Shown here: positions 1 through 8,535 of the stretch, in pieces
Layout: every line of letters begins with the position of its first letter
Position numbering within the stretch: position 1 is the stretch's first letter
Source: Trinickia sp.
Lineage (GTDB): Bacteria; Pseudomonadota; Gammaproteobacteria; Burkholderiales; Burkholderiaceae
Reading direction: 5' to 3'
Length of the DNA: 64,000 nt
Assembly: GCF_035492435.1 (NCBI RefSeq)
Contig: NZ_DATJJF010000094.1
Location: forward strand, 18,576-82,575
Position numbers and translations under genes: made by a program
Notes under the pieces: generated by a model
Databases searched by the model: none
The model's input: the letters and a program-made list of their open reading frames with translations, nothing else
What the model was told of the DNA's origin: nothing

Positions 1-513
1 CGACGGCTGAATGCCTTCCGTCGGCTCGTCGAGAATCAGCACGCTCGGGTTGGTCAAGAGCGCGCGGCCGATCGCCAACTGCTGTTGCTGCCCTCCTGAC
101 AGGTTGCCCGCGATACGCGCGCGCATCGTCTTCAAAACGGGAAAGATCTTGTAGACCTCGTCGAATGAAAATTGCCGGCCATCGCGGCGTACGCTGCGCT
201 CGCCTGCGTACGCGCCCACTTCGAGGTTTTCTTCGACGCTGAGGTGCGAGAAGATGTCACGCCCCTGCGGTACGTAGCCAAGCCCCGCGAGCGCGCGCCG
301 ATGCGCGGGCGCTCGCGTGATGTCCGCGCCGCCCAGCGAAATCTCGCCATTGCGGATCGGCAAGAGACCGATGAGGCATTTGAGCAGCGTCGTCTTGCCC
401 ACGCCATTGCGGCCGAGCACGACCGTGCACGCGCCGTCGGCGATGCTGAGCGACACGTCGCGCAGCGTATGACTGCTGCCGTAATACTGATTGATTCCCT
501 GAACGCGCAGCAT
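1..513 (-). CDS. urtE: Urea/branched-chain-type ABC transporter ATP-binding protein UrtE/LivF-like (C-terminus runs off the window start)
   Basis: Reverse-strand translation from the ATG at 513 gives MLRVQGINQYYGSSHTLRDVSLSIADGACTVVLGRNGVGKTTLL (Walker A) ... NLSGGQQQQLAIGRAL (ABC signature) ... ILDEPTEGIQPS. The start lies 6 nt after the urtD stop. The frame stays open to position 1. Confidence 0.85.
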   Translation of the reverse strand, partial: MLRVQGINQYYGSSHTLRDVSLSIADGACTVVLGRNGVGKTTLLKCLIGLLPIRNGEISLGGADITRAPAHRRALAGLGYVPQGRDIFSHLSVEENLEVGAYAGERSVRRDGRQFSFDEVYKIFPVLKTMRARIAGNLSGGQQQQLAIGRALLTNPSVLILDEPTEGIQPS

Positions 514-518
514 GACGG

Positions 519-1340
519 TCACCGCCCCAAATAGACTTGAATCACGCGCGGATCGTTGCGCACGGTATCCATCGAACCTTCGCCGAGCAGCTTGCCTTCG
601 TGCAGCACACTGACGAGATCGGCAATCTCGTCGACGAACTCCATGTCATGCTCGATGACGACGACGGCACGCTCGGGCGACTTCAATCGCGCAATAAGCT
701 CGGCCGTGCGTGCCGTTTCGTGATCGGTCATGCCGGCCACGGGCTCGTCGAGCAGAATCACGCGCGGATCGGCAACGAGCAGCATGCCGATCTCGAGCCA
801 TTGCTTCTGGCCGTGCGAGAGCGTTCCGGCGAGTCGGTCGGCATGCTCAGTGAGATTGATCGTCTCGAGGACTTCATCGATTCTCGCCCGATGCCTCGGA
901 TTCAAGCGCGAGCGCAGCATCTCGCCATATCCTCGGCCGTTTCGCGCGGCAAGCTCCAGGTTCTCCCGCACAACGAGCGCCTCAAACACGCTCGGCTTCT
1001 GAAATTTTCGGCCGATACCGAGGCGTGCAATGGCCGTCTCGTCGCGCGAGGCCAGATCAATGGTCTTGTCGAGAAAGACTTCACCGCTTGTCGGCTTGGT
1101 CTTGCCCGTGATGACGTCCATCAACGTCGTCTTGCCCGCGCCGTTGGGTCCGATGATGGCGCGTACTTCACCATAACGAAACTCCATCGACAGATTCGTG
1201 ATGGCGGCGAACCCCGAGAACGTGACGTGCAGTCCGCTGATGTACACCGCGGTGCCATGTCGTGCCACGGCGGCACGCGCAGGCGCCGCGGTCGATCCCC
1301 CGGTTGTCGGCATCTGCGCCATTTGATTCGGAGTACTCAT
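519..1340 (-). CDS. urtD: Urea ABC transporter ATP-binding protein UrtD/LivG-like
   Basis: Track ORF 519..1805 trimmed to the ATG at 1340 (MSTPNQMAQ...). Contains GPNGAGKTT (Walker A), LSHGQKQWLEIG (signature) and ILLDEPVAG (Walker B). ATGA overlap with the urtC stop. Confidence 0.9.
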   Translation of the reverse strand: MSTPNQMAQMPTTGGSTAAPARAAVARHGTAVYISGLHVTFSGFAAITNLSMEFRYGEVRAIIGPNGAGKTTLMDVITGKTKPTSGEVFLDKTIDLASRDETAIARLGIGRKFQKPSVFEALVVRENLELAARNGRGYGEMLRSRLNPRHRARIDEVLETINLTEHADRLAGTLSHGQKQWLEIGMLLVADPRVILLDEPVAGMTDHETARTAELIARLKSPERAVVVIEHDMEFVDEIADLVSVLHEGKLLGEGSMDTVRNDPRVIQVYLGR

Positions 1341-2497
1341 GATCGCCCCGCTCCTTTCGCCGAATCGCCGGCCGATTTCATGGCGCCCCAAAGCCCATTG
1401 CCGAAGCGCACGACGATGACCAGCGTCACGCCTGCGAGAATGAACGGCCAAACTTCGGGCCATTGAGCCGTCAGCCAGAACTTGAGACCGTTCACGACGA
1501 TGGCGCCGAGGATCGCACCTACCAGCGTGCCTCGGCCGCCGATCGCAACCCATACGGCGATTTCGACCGATAGTTGCGGCGAGACGATCGTCGGGTTGAC
1601 GATGCCGACCTGCGGGACGTAGAGCATCCCGGCCAACGCGGCAAGCACGGCCGACAAGCACCACGCGACGAGCTTGATGACGGGCGTCCGGTAGCCGAGA
1701 AAGCGCATGCGCGCTTCGTCGTCGCGCACCGCGACGAGCGCGCGGCCAAAACTCGATTTCACGATGAAGCGCACGACGAGGTAGGCCAACGCGAGCACCA
1801 GGCACGAGGCGACAGCAAGGCCAACCTGTGTCGAGACGTCGGCAAGCCTGAAGCCGGCGATGCTGGTGAAGCCTGTCATGCCGTTATTGCCGCCAAGCCC
1901 GACATCGTTGATGAAAAGCAGCAGCATCAGCGCGTAGGTAAGCGCTTGCGTGATGATCGACAGATAGACGCCGTTGATCCGTGAGCGGAACGTCACGAAA
2001 CCGAACACAGCCGCCACCACTGCTGCGACGACGATCGTGATGACGACGGTCACGTCGAGGCGGGAAAACATGCGCCAGGCGTGCGGAAAATCGCTCGCGC
2101 CCATGAACTGCAAAAAATCGGGCAGCACGTGCGTTTGATCGTAGGCACCGTTGAGCAGATAGATGCCCATCAGATAGCCGCCTATGCCGAAGAAGATGCC
2201 GTGCCCGAGACTCAGGATGCCCGCATAACCCCATACGAGATCGAGCGCGAGTGCGAGCAATGCGAAGCAGAGGATCTGCCCGATGAGGTTGATGCCAAAC
2301 AACGAAAGATGCAGCGCGTTGGACGGCGCAATCGCGTAATGCGCGAGCGGCAGATAGCAGGCAAGCGCAAGCATTGCCGGAACGATCGCGCCATCGACGA
2401 GGCGGCTCACGCGCGCAAGTGCGCTACCGAAAGCAGGCACGGCGCCGATGGCCGATGCGCCGGCCGGCCGTTGGGATGAGTCAGGTAACGTCGTCAT
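1337..2497 (-). CDS. urtC: Urea ABC transporter permease UrtC/LivM-like
   Basis: Track ORF 1337..3211 trimmed to the ATG at 2497 (MTTLPDSSQRP...). Polytopic hydrophobic protein with LivM-like blocks (LDLVWGYAGILSLGHG, GGNNGMTGF). ATGA overlap with the urtB stop. Confidence 0.85.
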   Translation of the reverse strand: MTTLPDSSQRPAGASAIGAVPAFGSALARVSRLVDGAIVPAMLALACYLPLAHYAIAPSNALHLSLFGINLIGQILCFALLALALDLVWGYAGILSLGHGIFFGIGGYLMGIYLLNGAYDQTHVLPDFLQFMGASDFPHAWRMFSRLDVTVVITIVVAAVVAAVFGFVTFRSRINGVYLSIITQALTYALMLLLFINDVGLGGNNGMTGFTSIAGFRLADVSTQVGLAVASCLVLALAYLVVRFIVKSSFGRALVAVRDDEARMRFLGYRTPVIKLVAWCLSAVLAALAGMLYVPQVGIVNPTIVSPQLSVEIAVWVAIGGRGTLVGAILGAIVVNGLKFWLTAQWPEVWPFILAGVTLVIVVRFGNGLWGAMKSAGDSAKGAGRS

Positions 2498-4185
2498 GTG
2501 CGGGTCTTCAATGCGAAAAGGCCTTGCGGGCGGCGCTGGATGATCGCGACGATGATGAGAAGCACCGCCACCTTCGCCGCGACTGCGCCGTAAAACGGTT
2601 CGATGAATTGATTGATCTCTCCGAGCGCGAGCGAGGAAACGAGCGTGCCCGCGAGGCTGCCTGCGCCGCCAAGCACAACCACCATGAAGGAATCGACGAC
2701 GAAGCCGGTGCCCATCGAGGGATTGACGCTCGTGATTTGCGTCAGCACGACGCCCGCGAGTCCGGCCAGTCCTGCGCCGAGGCCAAACGCGAGGCGGTCG
2801 ACGCGTTCGGCGGGCACGCCGAGCGCGCGTGCCATGTCGCGCAACTGTGTCGTCGCGCGCATGAGCAAGCCCAGCTTGGTATATCGAATCAGCGCGAACG
2901 TGCCGCCAAAAATCACTGCAGCAAAGGCAATCGCAAACACCCGGTTGTAGGTGACGAAGAAGCCCGGCAAGACTTGCATACCGCCGTTGAGGAACGCGGG
3001 CGTCACGAATTCGACGTTCTGCGAGCCAAAGAGCACTTGCACGAGCTTGATCAGTGCAATGCTGACGGCCCAGGTCGCGAGCAATGTCTCGAGCGGCCGC
3101 CGATAGAGGAAGCGGATCACGCAGTATTCGAGCACCATGCCGCAGACGGCGCAGATCACGAACGCAACCGGAATCGCGATGAATACATAGGCGTCGAAGA
3201 GCGCGGGACAATGTGCCTGCAAGAAGCGCTCGACGAGGTACGTCGCATACGCGCCGAACATGATGAACTCGCCATGGGCCAGATTAATCACGCCCATGAG
3301 CCCGAAGACGATCGAGAGCCCCAGCGCCGTGATCAGCAGCACACCCGCATAGCTCACGCCACTGAAGAGCACGGAAACGCCGCGCCCGAATGAAAGCCAC
3401 GTGTCGATGCTGCGGATTGCCGATTGCGCGGCCTCTTGCACTTGCGGATCATGCGCTGCGTCCTGCTGGACGAAGTTTTGCAGCGCCGTGAGTGCCGTCT
3501 CGCTGGGCACCTCGGCGACGGCGTGGATCGCTGCGAGCTGTTCCGATTTCACGCTGCTGCTGAGGCCTCGCTTGGCGAGCGCAAGACGCAGCGTTGCCGC
3601 AATTCCGGCATCGTGCTCGCGCTTCACCGCCGCATCCACGAGTCGCGGATCGAGCAGCGCAAAAAATTTGTCGATCTGAGCCGCTGCGGCCACGCGCGTG
3701 TCATGGTCATCGCTCGACAAGTCGATTTCGGCGGCGGCCACGGCAAGCTTGCGCATCATGGCAATGCCGGGCACGTATGCGGACGGTGCAGCGCTGCCCT
3801 GCCCCGCCGAGGCAGCAACGGGGGCAAGCGTTGCCGCATCGACGGGTGTGGCGCCTTGCAGCATGGCCGCACCACCCGTCGTGCACGCGAGGCTGCCACC
3901 GCGCAGCGCGTCGACAACGCGCCGCGCCCAGTGTTGGGCGTCTCTATTCCCCGACGCGCCGATCGATTCGATCGCCGTCACGCCCGCCAACGGGTTGCCC
4001 GCTACCGGGCTGTCGCCATCGGCGCAAAACATGGCGATGGCGGCGCTGCGTGCCGCTATCGCACCGCCACTCTCATCCGCGTTGGCGACACCCGATCCGA
4101 TAGAGGCCAAACCGACGAAGCATGCGAGACACGACAACGCAAAGCGCCATGCCCTGACGATCGTCCGACAAGGAGTCCTAACCAT
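2494..4185 (-). CDS. urtB: Urea ABC transporter permease UrtB/LivH-like with a long N-terminal signal-anchored extension
   Basis: 563-aa ORF. The C-terminal ~300 aa are LivH-like (GLSIVFGLMGVINLAHGEF..., LGLLMRATTQLRDMARALGV). The N-terminal ~240 aa are Ala-rich after a signal-like segment. The start codon was not independently verified. Confidence 0.8.
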   Translation of the reverse strand: MVRTPCRTIVRAWRFALSCLACFVGLASIGSGVANADESGGAIAARSAAIAMFCADGDSPVAGNPLAGVTAIESIGASGNRDAQHWARRVVDALRGGSLACTTGGAAMLQGATPVDAATLAPVAASAGQGSAAPSAYVPGIAMMRKLAVAAAEIDLSSDDHDTRVAAAAQIDKFFALLDPRLVDAAVKREHDAGIAATLRLALAKRGLSSSVKSEQLAAIHAVAEVPSETALTALQNFVQQDAAHDPQVQEAAQSAIRSIDTWLSFGRGVSVLFSGVSYAGVLLITALGLSIVFGLMGVINLAHGEFIMFGAYATYLVERFLQAHCPALFDAYVFIAIPVAFVICAVCGMVLEYCVIRFLYRRPLETLLATWAVSIALIKLVQVLFGSQNVEFVTPAFLNGGMQVLPGFFVTYNRVFAIAFAAVIFGGTFALIRYTKLGLLMRATTQLRDMARALGVPAERVDRLAFGLGAGLAGLAGVVLTQITSVNPSMGTGFVVDSFMVVVLGGAGSLAGTLVSSLALGEINQFIEPFYGAVAAKVAVLLIIVAIIQRRPQGLFALKTRT

Positions 4186-4344
4186 TAGCTTTCCGTAACT
4201 GACTTGTTGCTGAAAACCGCGCCGCGAAGCGGTAGCGATCGGCGAGCCAACGCATGGCGAGAATGCTGCGAGCCGTTCGCGTCGCTCGATTCGTGCGACT
4301 CGTTCGATTCGCCAGATAGGCTCACCATGCGTGTGCCCCGCACG

Positions 4345-5592
4345 TCATGCCTTGCTGATGAATGGGCTGAACGGCACCGGCTTTTCGATATCTTTCGACT
4401 TCCACAGGATGTCAAAGCCCTGATTGGCGTTGATCGAGCCGATCATGTCGCCGCGCCAGAGGTACTGATTGGATGCGTCCATCTTCACGGTATAGCCGGC
4501 CGGATCGACCATCGACTGTCCCGCAAGCGCCGCGCGCACCGCGTCCGGTTTTGTCGATTTGGCTTTCTCGGCTGCCTGCGCCCACATATGGATGCCGAGG
4601 TAGGTGGACACCATCGGATCAATGATCATGTCGGGTCGGTGCTTCAAGTTGTGCGCCGTGACATAGTTCTTCCAGTCGAGCTTGATCTGCCGGTTTTGCG
4701 GCGTATCCACATTCTGGAAGTAGCACCAGCAACTCAGATGGCCGACGAGCGGCCGCGTGTCGAGGCCTTCCAGGTCGCTGTCGACAACATCGAGCCCGAG
4801 GATGGGGATATCGGTCGCGCGGATGCCTTGGTTGACCGCCTCCTTGAACAGCGCCGGAATGGAATCGCCGACGACGGTCATGACGACGATCGCTTGTCCG
4901 CCCGGCTGAGCAGCGAAGTCCTTGATGTCGCGCACAATCGTTTGGAAGTTCGAGTAGCCGAAGGGCACGTAATGCTCGCGCCAGGCCGACTCCGGAATGC
5001 CCTTCGTCTTAAGGTAGCCCTTGAGCATCTTGTTGATCGTGCGCGGCCACACATAGTCGCTGCCGATCATGTAGAAGCGTTTCGCCTCGCCGCCTTGCTC
5101 GCTCATCAGGTAATCGATGGCGGGCAGCACGGAGCTGCTCGGGGGCGAGTTCAGATAAACGACATTCTTCGACTCCTCTTCGCCTTCGAAGTGAAGCGGA
5201 TAGAAAAGAAGATTGTCTTGCGCCTCGACCACAGGCAGGATCGACTTGCGCGACACCGAGGTCCAGCCGCCGAAGATGGCCGAAACGTGATCGCGCAGAA
5301 TCAGTTGTTTCGAGAGCTGGGCGTACATCGGCCAATCCGAGGCGGGGTCGACCACCACACCTTGCACCGGCCGCCCCATGACGCCGCCCTTCGCATTGAT
5401 CTGGTCGAACGTCATCAGCGCCATGTCCTTGAGCAACGATTCGCCGTTGGCCATCGTGCCCGACTGCGAGAACAAAAGGCCCAGCTTGATCGGATCCGCG
5501 CCGCCGGCCGCGAACGCCGCCTTGGGCAGTGTCGAGCCGGCAGCCGTGATCACCCCCGAACCGAGCGCCGACAAAAAGGTACGCCTTTTCAT
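4345..5592 (-). CDS. urtA: Periplasmic urea/short-chain-amide binding protein (UrtA/FmdD family)
   Basis: Track ORF trimmed to the ATG at 5592 (MKRRTFLSALGSGVITAAGSTLPKAAFA, twin-arginine-like signal), preceded by GGAG. Type I periplasmic binding fold blocks are present (IKLGLLFSQSGTMA, GGWTSVSRKS, LFYPLHFEGEE). Confidence 0.85.
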   Translation of the reverse strand: MKRRTFLSALGSGVITAAGSTLPKAAFAAGGADPIKLGLLFSQSGTMANGESLLKDMALMTFDQINAKGGVMGRPVQGVVVDPASDWPMYAQLSKQLILRDHVSAIFGGWTSVSRKSILPVVEAQDNLLFYPLHFEGEEESKNVVYLNSPPSSSVLPAIDYLMSEQGGEAKRFYMIGSDYVWPRTINKMLKGYLKTKGIPESAWREHYVPFGYSNFQTIVRDIKDFAAQPGGQAIVVMTVVGDSIPALFKEAVNQGIRATDIPILGLDVVDSDLEGLDTRPLVGHLSCWCYFQNVDTPQNRQIKLDWKNYVTAHNLKHRPDMIIDPMVSTYLGIHMWAQAAEKAKSTKPDAVRAALAGQSMVDPAGYTVKMDASNQYLWRGDMIGSINANQGFDILWKSKDIEKPVPFSPFISKA

Positions 5593-5626
5593 TAAATTGA
5601 CTCCGCAATGAACAAAACCGCGAAAC

Positions 5627-5668
5627 AAAAAAAGCCCGAAACCAGACGAGCTGGTTTCGGGCTTTTTT
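5627..5668 (-). terminator. Intrinsic-terminator-like hairpin inside the urtA 5' leader (candidate attenuator and AmiR target)
   Basis: The minus-strand RNA reads AAAAAA-GCCCGAAACCAG-CUCGU-CUGGUUUCGGGC-UUUUUUU: a perfect 12-bp stem (5634..5662) followed by a 7-U run. It sits about 35 nt upstream of the urtA ATG and downstream of the predicted sigma-54 promoter. No plus-strand gene ends here. Confidence 0.7.
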
Positions 5669-5756
5669 GGCCGGTGTCATCAAGAACGCCTTTGTCCTCA
5701 ACGACGAGAAGAGATGCCGGGGCGACTCGATCGTCGGCGCGCAGCACGGCTTGATA

Positions 5757-5773
5757 CGCAATGAGCGTGCCAG
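5757..5773 (-). promoter_or_regulatory. Sigma-54 (RpoN) -24/-12 promoter for the urt operon
   Basis: The minus strand reads CTGGCACGCTCATTGCG, i.e. TGGCACG-N4-TTGC. This matches the canonical TGGCACG-N4-TTGCW element in every position except W. It lies about 165 nt upstream of the urtA ATG. Confidence 0.65.
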
Positions 5774-6006
5774 CGTGAATCGAGCCTGCCACATCGATGG
5801 TGATAGCGAAGATCGGAGCGCGTTGGAAGCTCCCTTTGAAGCTCTTTCGCACACGGCAAGAGAGCGTCTCGCCCCATGCAACCGCTTGCCACGCGGACGA
5901 TCCGCAAGGCATTATGAATAAGCGGCTTGGACGGCACATCGCTCGGGCTTCAAACGATGCATGCGGCACACTTCAAGTGCATCACCGCACCAACTCAGAC
6001 CATCCC

Positions 6007-7194
6007 ATGATTCGACAGGACACAGACTGCACAAGCGGTCCCATCAAGATCGGCGTGCTCTATTCTTCCAGCGGCGCCACGGCAGCGGCCGAGCGGACAC
6101 AACTGCAAGCGACCCTGCTGGCAGCGGAAGAAATCAACCGCGCGGGTGGCGTACTGGGGCGCGAGATCGAACTGGTTTGCCTCGATCCGCAGTGCGAGCC
6201 GCGTCGTTATGCCGATCTTGCCGAGCAACTGATTCTCGAGCACCGAGTGCGAATCGTCGTGGGCTGCTACATGTCGAGCACGCGCAAGGCCGTCATACCA
6301 ACGATCGAGCGGCACAACGCGTTGCTCTTTTACGCCACGCCTTACGAAGGGTTCGAATACAGCCGCAATGTCATCTACACCGGCGCGGCACCGAATCAGA
6401 ACACGTTGCCACTCGCAGGCTTCATGCTGACGCACTATGGCTCGCGCGTGTGCATGGTCGGCTCGGACTACGTCTGCCCCTACGAGTCCAATCGGGTGAT
6501 GAGCGATCTCATTCTCGAGCGCGGCGGAGAGAAGGTCGACGAAACGTATTTGCCGCTCGACGCGCGGTGGGAAAACTACCTTGACGTTGCGAAGCGCATT
6601 CGCCAGCTCTCACCGGACTTCATCTTTTCGACCGTCGTCGGCGAGGGGATTTCGCTTCTTTATCGCGCATTCCAATACGTCGGCCTCGATCCCTATCGGA
6701 CACCGATCGCGAGCCATACCACGAGCGAGGCGGAGGTCGCCCTCATGGGCAGCGACGTCGCCGAAGGCCACATCACCTCGGCCGCGTATTTCCAAAGTAT
6801 TGAAACGGAGGCGAACCGCGCCGCGCTTGCGCGCTATCAGGCACGCTTCGGCGACGACTCGCCGGCGAACATGTGCTGGGAAGCGGCTTACTTTCAGATG
6901 CACCTGCTCGCCGATGCCATACGGCGCGTGCGCACGGATGATCCGACACTCCTACAGCGCGTCCTGCCAGGCCTCGAGTTCGATGCACCGCAGGGCCGCG
7001 TGCGAATCGACGAGCACAACAACCACACCTACCTGCATCCGCTGATTGGCCGTGTGAACGGCGCGGGCCAATTCGACATCATCGGCCGTGCGCCCGAGCG
7101 CGTAAAAGCCGATCCGTACGTCGTCTCGCATACGACGCCGCGCTGGACTGCGCAGGCCGTCGCGCACTCCGTGCCGTACGGAGTGCAACGATGA
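6007..7194 (+). CDS. amiC: AmiC-like cytoplasmic amide-sensing binding protein (negative regulator partner of AmiR)
   Basis: Track ORF 5797..7194 trimmed to the ATG at 6007 (MIRQDTDCTSGPIKIGVLYSSSGATA...), giving 395 aa with no signal peptide. Type I PBP blocks are present (GCYMSSTRKAVIP, LFYATPYEGFEYS, YTGAAPNQN). The stop overlaps the amiR start. Alternative start at 5914. Confidence 0.8.
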   Translation: MIRQDTDCTSGPIKIGVLYSSSGATAAAERTQLQATLLAAEEINRAGGVLGREIELVCLDPQCEPRRYADLAEQLILEHRVRIVVGCYMSSTRKAVIPTIERHNALLFYATPYEGFEYSRNVIYTGAAPNQNTLPLAGFMLTHYGSRVCMVGSDYVCPYESNRVMSDLILERGGEKVDETYLPLDARWENYLDVAKRIRQLSPDFIFSTVVGEGISLLYRAFQYVGLDPYRTPIASHTTSEAEVALMGSDVAEGHITSAAYFQSIETEANRAALARYQARFGDDSPANMCWEAAYFQMHLLADAIRRVRTDDPTLLQRVLPGLEFDAPQGRVRIDEHNNHTYLHPLIGRVNGAGQFDIIGRAPERVKADPYVVSHTTPRWTAQAVAHSVPYGVQR

Positions 7195-7793
7195 AGCGCT
7201 CCGCGGCAACGCCCGCGATTCTGCGCGATCTGCGCTCACTCAAAGTCGTCGTTATTCATCCACGCGATCAGGATGGCGATGAGCTGCTCGCACAGCTGCA
7301 GCGAATCGGGTGCGCGGTCGATGTGTTCTGGCCACGTGTTGATGCGCTGCCCGCCGATACCGGGCTCGTCCTCATGGCGGTACGGCCCGAAACGCTGTCG
7401 ACGCACTACCCTTGGCTCGACACCCCATCGGCACCGCCCGTCATTCCGGTCGTTACCTACGAAAACCCAGTCACAATCGAAGCGGTGTTGCAACTCAACG
7501 CGTTTGCGACGATCCCCTCGCCAGTCCGTTCGTTCGGACTCCTAACGGCCATCGCCGTCGCACTGTCGCAGTCCAAAACGAGTCGTGCCCGCGAGCGTTA
7601 CATCGAACGGCTCGAGCAAAAGCAGGCCAAGGTGCGCGTAATCCAGCAGGCCAAGCAGATCGTGATGACCTCGCGCGGCGTTTCCGAGGACGAGGCGTAT
7701 CAGTTGCTGCGCTCTCAGGCGATGGTCAAGCGCGAACAGATCGAGACGGTGGCCGGGCAGATCGTCAAAGCACACGAGACCTTGAGCTTCTGA
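7191..7793 (+). CDS. amiR: AmiR-like ANTAR-domain transcription antiterminator (pseudo-receiver plus ANTAR)
   Basis: 200 aa. The N-terminus QLQRIGCAVDVFWP resembles P. aeruginosa AmiR QLIRIGCSVRQCWP (from memory). A C-terminal coiled-coil plus ANTAR helix bundle is present (IQQAKQIVMTSRGVSEDEAYQLLRSQAMVKREQIETVAGQIV). Confidence 0.85.
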   Translation: MKRSAATPAILRDLRSLKVVVIHPRDQDGDELLAQLQRIGCAVDVFWPRVDALPADTGLVLMAVRPETLSTHYPWLDTPSAPPVIPVVTYENPVTIEAVLQLNAFATIPSPVRSFGLLTAIAVALSQSKTSRARERYIERLEQKQAKVRVIQQAKQIVMTSRGVSEDEAYQLLRSQAMVKREQIETVAGQIVKAHETLSF

Positions 7794-7810
7794 GCCTGCC
7801 ACGTCCCATG

Positions 7811-7830
7811 TCGGCTGCAGCGGCAGCCGA
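7811..7830. terminator. Hairpin between convergent amiR and the DUF4148 gene
   Basis: TCGGCTGC-AGCG-GCAGCCGA: an 8-bp stem with a tetraloop. Only weak T/A runs flank it. Confidence 0.4.
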
Positions 7831-7841
7831 ATCATCGTTTA

Positions 7842-8207
7842 TCAATGGCCGGTGTAGATGGACTTGACGACAGGCGGTTCCGAGCCACCCGACACCGCAC
7901 CGCCCGCTGCGGCGCTTTGCTCAGCCACACCACCCACCGAGGTGCTCGCGAGCGTTTCACCTGATGCGGCGACCTTCGCTTCAGCTGCCTGGATGTCGGC
8001 CGGATAATGGATATCCTTCGTGCTGGGGCGATAGCCCGCCTGTTCGAGGCGAATCAGATCAGCACGAACTTCTGCGCGAGTCAGGGGGCCGTTGTTCGTT
8101 TGTGTCAACGTTTGTGCCGACGCTTGATTCGAAGTTTGCGCGACGGCGAAAAGAGGCGTAGCCAGCGCACATGACAGAGCAACAGTCTTGATCAACGATT
8201 TCATCAT
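7842..8207 (-). CDS. DUF4148-family small secreted protein
   Basis: 121 aa with signal peptide MMKSLIKTVALSCALATPLFAVAQ, followed by LTRAEVRADLIRLEQAGYRP, the typical Burkholderia-type DUF4148 motif. Confidence 0.75.
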   Translation of the reverse strand: MMKSLIKTVALSCALATPLFAVAQTSNQASAQTLTQTNNGPLTRAEVRADLIRLEQAGYRPSTKDIHYPADIQAAEAKVAASGETLASTSVGGVAEQSAAAGGAVSGGSEPPVVKSIYTGH

Positions 8208-8535
8208 TTCTCCCTCTCAGAACGTGACGCCGGACGCCATAGCGAGCCGGCTCCTTCGCTCGCCAAACATCAACTGAGCGTAACGACAGTCTGCGATTCG
8301 GGCGCTGACTTCAAGCTGTCATCTAGATTACATCTTCGTAATTTGCGCAGCGGGCTCGAGCTCTCGCGCCCTATGACGTCCAGCACATCGCACGCCGGCA
8401 CTCTGGGATAACAGCTTTGTAATGGTGAGGTAACGGCTCGGTAAGCGCCTTGCCCGCAGACTTCCGGGGTCAATCGCGCATTGGGGGCTCCCGCCCTCGA
8501 CGCGCGCCTGCAGAACTCAGCCGCAAGGACCCGTC

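Noticed and set aside
519-1805. Long N-terminally extended versions of several track ORFs (urtD 428 aa, urtC 624 aa, response regulator 307 aa, HAD hydrolase 355 aa, dnaK 675 aa, tldD 552 aa, yhdP 1444 aa and others).
   Set aside because: The extensions are Arg-rich, overlap the upstream gene, and precede an internal Met. That Met aligns with the conserved family N-terminus and usually has a Shine-Dalgarno sequence or a start/stop overlap. The shorter starts were used.
5669-5746. Canonical ANTAR target (two short hairpins with hexaloops carrying A at position 1 and G at position 4) in the urtA leader.
   Set aside because: The small hairpins I could draw (for example CGAC-GAUCGA-GUCG) do not have the A1/G4 loop pattern. 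The AmiR link therefore rests on gene neighbourhood and the terminator only, and needs a covariance-model search.
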